A stretch of 64,000 nucleotides of DNA from Terriglobia bacterium (GTDB lineage Bacteria > Acidobacteriota > Terriglobia > JAJPHL01), in NCBI GenBank assembly GCA_963747095.1, contig CAVVEL010000009.1, positions 202,868-266,867 on the forward strand, in the 5' to 3' direction. Numbering within the stretch: the first letter of the stretch is position 1; the number at the start of each line of letters is the position of its first letter. The position numbers and the translations under genes were made by a program. The notes under the pieces were generated by a model. It was not told where the DNA came from. It searched no databases and worked only from the letters and a program-made list of their open reading frames with translations. This document shows positions 61,001 through 64,000 of this stretch, piece by piece.

Positions 61001-61783
61001 GTGGAAAAGAACTCTTCCAATTTGCTCGCGGATGCCCTTAAGCAACGCGTGCTGGCCGTCCAGGAATTCACTTTCCTGGGATTGCGAGCTATCGCCAATC
61101 TGGGCCGCCCTCCCATCTATTGGAACGACATGCTGGCGCAGATGGATATCATCGGCGTCGGCTCGCTTCCCATCACGCTGCTCACCGGATTTTTCACCGG
61201 CGCGGTGCTGGCGCTGCAAATGTCCAAGACGCTGACCACGTTCGGCCAAGTCAACTTGACCGGCCAACTGGTGGCGCTGTCGCTGGTGCGCGAACTGGGT
61301 CCCACGCTGACCTCGTTGATGGTGGCCGGCCGGTGCGCCTCGGGCATGGCTAGTGAACTGGGGTCGATGCTGGTCAGCGAGCAGATTGACGCCATGCGCG
61401 CACTGGGTACCGACCCGGTGAAAAAACTGGTCACGCCCCGGTTAGTCGCGACGGTGCTGATGTTGCCGCTCTTGACCATCGTCAGCGACTTCGTGGGTCT
61501 GTGCGGCGGTTTTGTCGTGGCCAACTTCATCATCCGGCTGAATCCGGTGGAGTATTGGACCACCGCCTACCAGGCCCTTCACTTTGCCGACGTTTTTCAG
61601 GGACTGCTGAAACCCTTCGTCTTCGCGTTCATCGTGGCCCTGGTAGGCTGTTATTACGGATTGAACACCCGTGGCGGGACGCAAGGCGTGGGCCGCGCCA
61701 CCACGCAGGCCATGGTCGCCGCATCGGTGCTGATTCTGACGGCCAATTTCTTCTTGACGCGAATCATGCTGGGGACTTTCTGA
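61001..61783 (+). CDS. mlaE: MlaE family ABC permease
   Basis: VRELGP, EQIDAMRALG and GVGRATT. Confidence 0.93.
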   Translation: MEKNSSNLLADALKQRVLAVQEFTFLGLRAIANLGRPPIYWNDMLAQMDIIGVGSLPITLLTGFFTGAVLALQMSKTLTTFGQVNLTGQLVALSLVRELGPTLTSLMVAGRCASGMASELGSMLVSEQIDAMRALGTDPVKKLVTPRLVATVLMLPLLTIVSDFVGLCGGFVVANFIIRLNPVEYWTTAYQALHFADVFQGLLKPFVFAFIVALVGCYYGLNTRGGTQGVGRATTQAMVAASVLILTANFFLTRIMLGTF

Positions 61784-61796
61784 TGTCATAACTCCC

Positions 61797-62618
61797 ATGC
61801 CTCCCATCGCTGCCATCGTCGAATTCGATCGCGTCACCGTCCGCTTCGACCGCGGACCGCATTTTCCGTCCGAGGTTCTCGACGACGTCAGTTTCCGGTT
61901 GGAAGAAGGCGAGACCAAAGTGTTGCTGGGCGCGGCGGGATCGGGCAAGTCGGTGCTGATGAAAACCGTTTTGGGGTTGATCCCCGCCGATGAAGGCGTG
62001 GTGCGGCTCTTTGGCCAGGATCTGACTGACCTGAGCGAGGATGAAATGTTCCCGTTGCGGCTGCGCGCCGGCATGGTTTTTCAGGAAGGGGCCCTGTTCG
62101 ATTCCCTCACCGTAGGCGAGAATGTCGCTTACATTTTTCAAGAGGAACGGACCCTGCCCGAAGAAGAGGAAACGCGCCGCGTGGAAGAGGCGCTGCGCTT
62201 CGTAGAACTGGAGGGCACCGAACGCCGGATGCCGGCGGAATTATCCGGCGGCATGCGCCGGCGTGTGGCCATCGCTCGCGCTTTCGTGGGCGGTCCTCCG
62301 TTGATGCTGTACGATTCCCCCACGGCGGGTCTGGACCCGGTGACGGCGCACCGCATCATGGCGCTGATCGTGAAATTGCGCGACGTCCTGCGGGTCAGCG
62401 CGCTACTGGTGACCCATCGCATCCAGGACGCGCATGTGCTGGCGCAGTCGCGATTCAATCCGGAAACCGGCCAGTTGGAACGGATGGGTTCGGGGAGCGC
62501 GGGAAATGGCGCGGGCACTTCTTTTCTGGTGTTGCGCGAGGGCGCGGTCGTTTTTGAAGGCGGGGAGCGCGAGTTGTTCGCGGCGCGCGACTCCTATGTG
62601 CGAAAATTTATCGAGTAA
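61797..62618 (+). CDS. mlaF: MlaF family ABC ATPase
   Basis: GAAGSGKS, LSGGMRRRVAIARA and YDSPTAGLDP. Confidence 0.92.
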   Translation: MPPIAAIVEFDRVTVRFDRGPHFPSEVLDDVSFRLEEGETKVLLGAAGSGKSVLMKTVLGLIPADEGVVRLFGQDLTDLSEDEMFPLRLRAGMVFQEGALFDSLTVGENVAYIFQEERTLPEEEETRRVEEALRFVELEGTERRMPAELSGGMRRRVAIARAFVGGPPLMLYDSPTAGLDPVTAHRIMALIVKLRDVLRVSALLVTHRIQDAHVLAQSRFNPETGQLERMGSGSAGNGAGTSFLVLREGAVVFEGGERELFAARDSYVRKFIE

Positions 62619-62638
62619 ACAAAACTGCGAGGTCGATT

Positions 62639-63712
62639 ATGGCGCAACGCAAACAGGTTTCCTGGGTGCAGCTCCGCGTGGGGCTGCTGGTCGTAGTGTC
62701 CTTCACTATTTTTGGACTGATGGTGTTTTTGATGACCGGTCAGGGATTCTTCAGCCCCAAGACCAATCTGAAGGTCTACATCGATAATGCCGGCGGCCTC
62801 AAAAAAGGCGATCCGGTGCGTCTGTCGGGCATTGATATCGGCAACGTGGACGACATCACCGTGTCCAACGACCCCAATCCGCTACGCGTCGTGGAGGTCT
62901 CTTTCCACGTGGAGGACCGCATGATGAAGGAGGTTCGCGAAGACTCCCTGGCCGCCTTGGAAGTAGAGGGCCTGCTGGGCCAGCGCTTCATCGACATCAC
63001 GCGCGGCTCGCCCGGCAGGGCCGAGCTGCAGGCCGGATCGGAAGTGCGCTACAAAGTGCAGCCCGACTTCGGACATCTGATGGCCTCCGGAGACAACGTG
63101 ATGACCAACGTAAACCGCCTGACCAATACGCTGAATGCCATGGCCGACCATGTGCAGCAGGGTCAAGGCACGCTCGGCAAGATCATGTACGACGATTCGC
63201 TCTACAAGCAGCTCAGGGTCACCGCCACGCAGTTCCAAGACATGGTGAGTTATGCCAACTCCGGCAAGGGCAGTCTGGGCAAGATCGTCTATAGCGACGA
63301 CTTCTATAATCACGCCGACCAAACGGTGGCTAAGCTGAGCACGATCGCGGACGACATCCAGGCGCAAAAGGGATCGCTCGGCAAGTTTATCTACGACACC
63401 ACGTTGCACGACGATACGCGCAAAGTAATCAACGACTTTGGCAAGATTGTCGCCGACACCAAGGCCGGCAAGGGCTCGCTGGGCAAGATCCTCACCGACG
63501 AAGCGTTTTACGACAAGGCGACCGCGGCGGTCACCAAGATTGACGACATTGCCGGACGCATCGATCGCGGCGAAGGCGCGTTCGGCAAGCTGTCCAAGGA
63601 CGATGCCATGTATAACAACGTCAACGGGCTGAGCCTGGAGTTGCGCGAGTTGTTGGCGGACTTCCGGAAGCAGCCCAAGAAATATTTGACCATTCAGATG
63701 AAGCTGTTTTGA
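62639..63712 (+). CDS. mlaD: MlaD/MCE family protein with a helical repeat tail
   Basis: GLKKGDPVRLSGIDIGNV, GLLGQRFIDI and repeated G(T/S)LGK units. Confidence 0.92.
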   Translation: MAQRKQVSWVQLRVGLLVVVSFTIFGLMVFLMTGQGFFSPKTNLKVYIDNAGGLKKGDPVRLSGIDIGNVDDITVSNDPNPLRVVEVSFHVEDRMMKEVREDSLAALEVEGLLGQRFIDITRGSPGRAELQAGSEVRYKVQPDFGHLMASGDNVMTNVNRLTNTLNAMADHVQQGQGTLGKIMYDDSLYKQLRVTATQFQDMVSYANSGKGSLGKIVYSDDFYNHADQTVAKLSTIADDIQAQKGSLGKFIYDTTLHDDTRKVINDFGKIVADTKAGKGSLGKILTDEAFYDKATAAVTKIDDIAGRIDRGEGAFGKLSKDDAMYNNVNGLSLELRELLADFRKQPKKYLTIQMKLF

Positions 63713-63781
63713 ATGGGAAGAATGGGAAGAATGGGAAGCATGCATAATTCCCATACTTCCCATACCTCCCATTCTTCCCAT
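63713..63781. repeat. hairpin element of 9-nt tandem units (ATGGGAAGA x3)
   Basis: ATGGGAAGAATGGGAAGAATGGGAAG / TTCCCATACTTCCCATACCTCCCATTCTTCCCAT. Confidence 0.85.
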
Positions 63782-63814
63782 GCTGGGTTCCTCCGTGTTC
63801 CAGCAGATGCAAGT

Positions 63815-64000
63815 ATGAGAACACTCCCAGAACAAGGCCGCCTATTCGCCCGCCGTCTCCTGACCGGCCCGGCGGGCGCGGGGAAGACTCACGCCATCCT
63901 GAATCTTTACCGCGAAGCATGGTCTGCCGGACGCGCGGCTGAAACGCTGCTGATTGTTCCCACGGTCAGCTTCCGAGAACACACACGCAATTCCTTGTTG
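63815..64000 (+). CDS. AddB-like helicase/nuclease subunit (N-terminus only)
   Basis: LLTGPAGAGKT followed by LLIVPT; runs off the right edge of the window. Confidence 0.7.
   Translation, partial: MRTLPEQGRLFARRLLTGPAGAGKTHAILNLYREAWSAGRAAETLLIVPTVSFREHTRNSLL

Overview
GC-rich bacterial chromosome segment, most likely from an Acidobacteriota genome (inferred from acidobacterial-type VWA proteins, an ADOP-type orphan permease and small acidobacterial-style hypotheticals). The backbone is housekeeping and metabolism: rpsU, glgC-eno-gpmI, uvrB, citrate synthase, der, a DinG/YoaA helicase with queD-queE-queC, thrC, alaS, recX, cobB, a DnaC-like ATPase, mlaEFD and the start of an addB-like gene. 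It also carries a TetR-MFS-TolC-HlyD efflux operon, hydrolases and oxidoreductases, and intact or decayed toxin-antitoxin genes. I found no tRNA, rRNA, CRISPR array, transposase or phage gene. The most interesting signals are not in the ORF track. (1) A peroxiredoxin has an in-frame TGA exactly at the peroxidatic Cys, followed by a SECIS-like hairpin (probable selenoprotein). (2) Intergenic DNA is saturated with several kinds of non-autonomous palindromic element: REP-like doublets, hairpins built from 9/10-nt tandem units, and a 509-bp MITE with an 8-bp target duplication holding nested inverted repeats. Some of these elements supply start codons, stop codons or an RBS to genes. (3) An LPXTG protein and sortase pair occurs in a diderm, with the substrate put out of frame by a 25-bp tandem duplication. 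(4) Leaderless-type promoters are common, including a symmetric bidirectional recX/cobB promoter. Many genes carry single-base frameshifts that are probably long-read consensus errors. All product calls come from motif recognition by eye; no database search was run.
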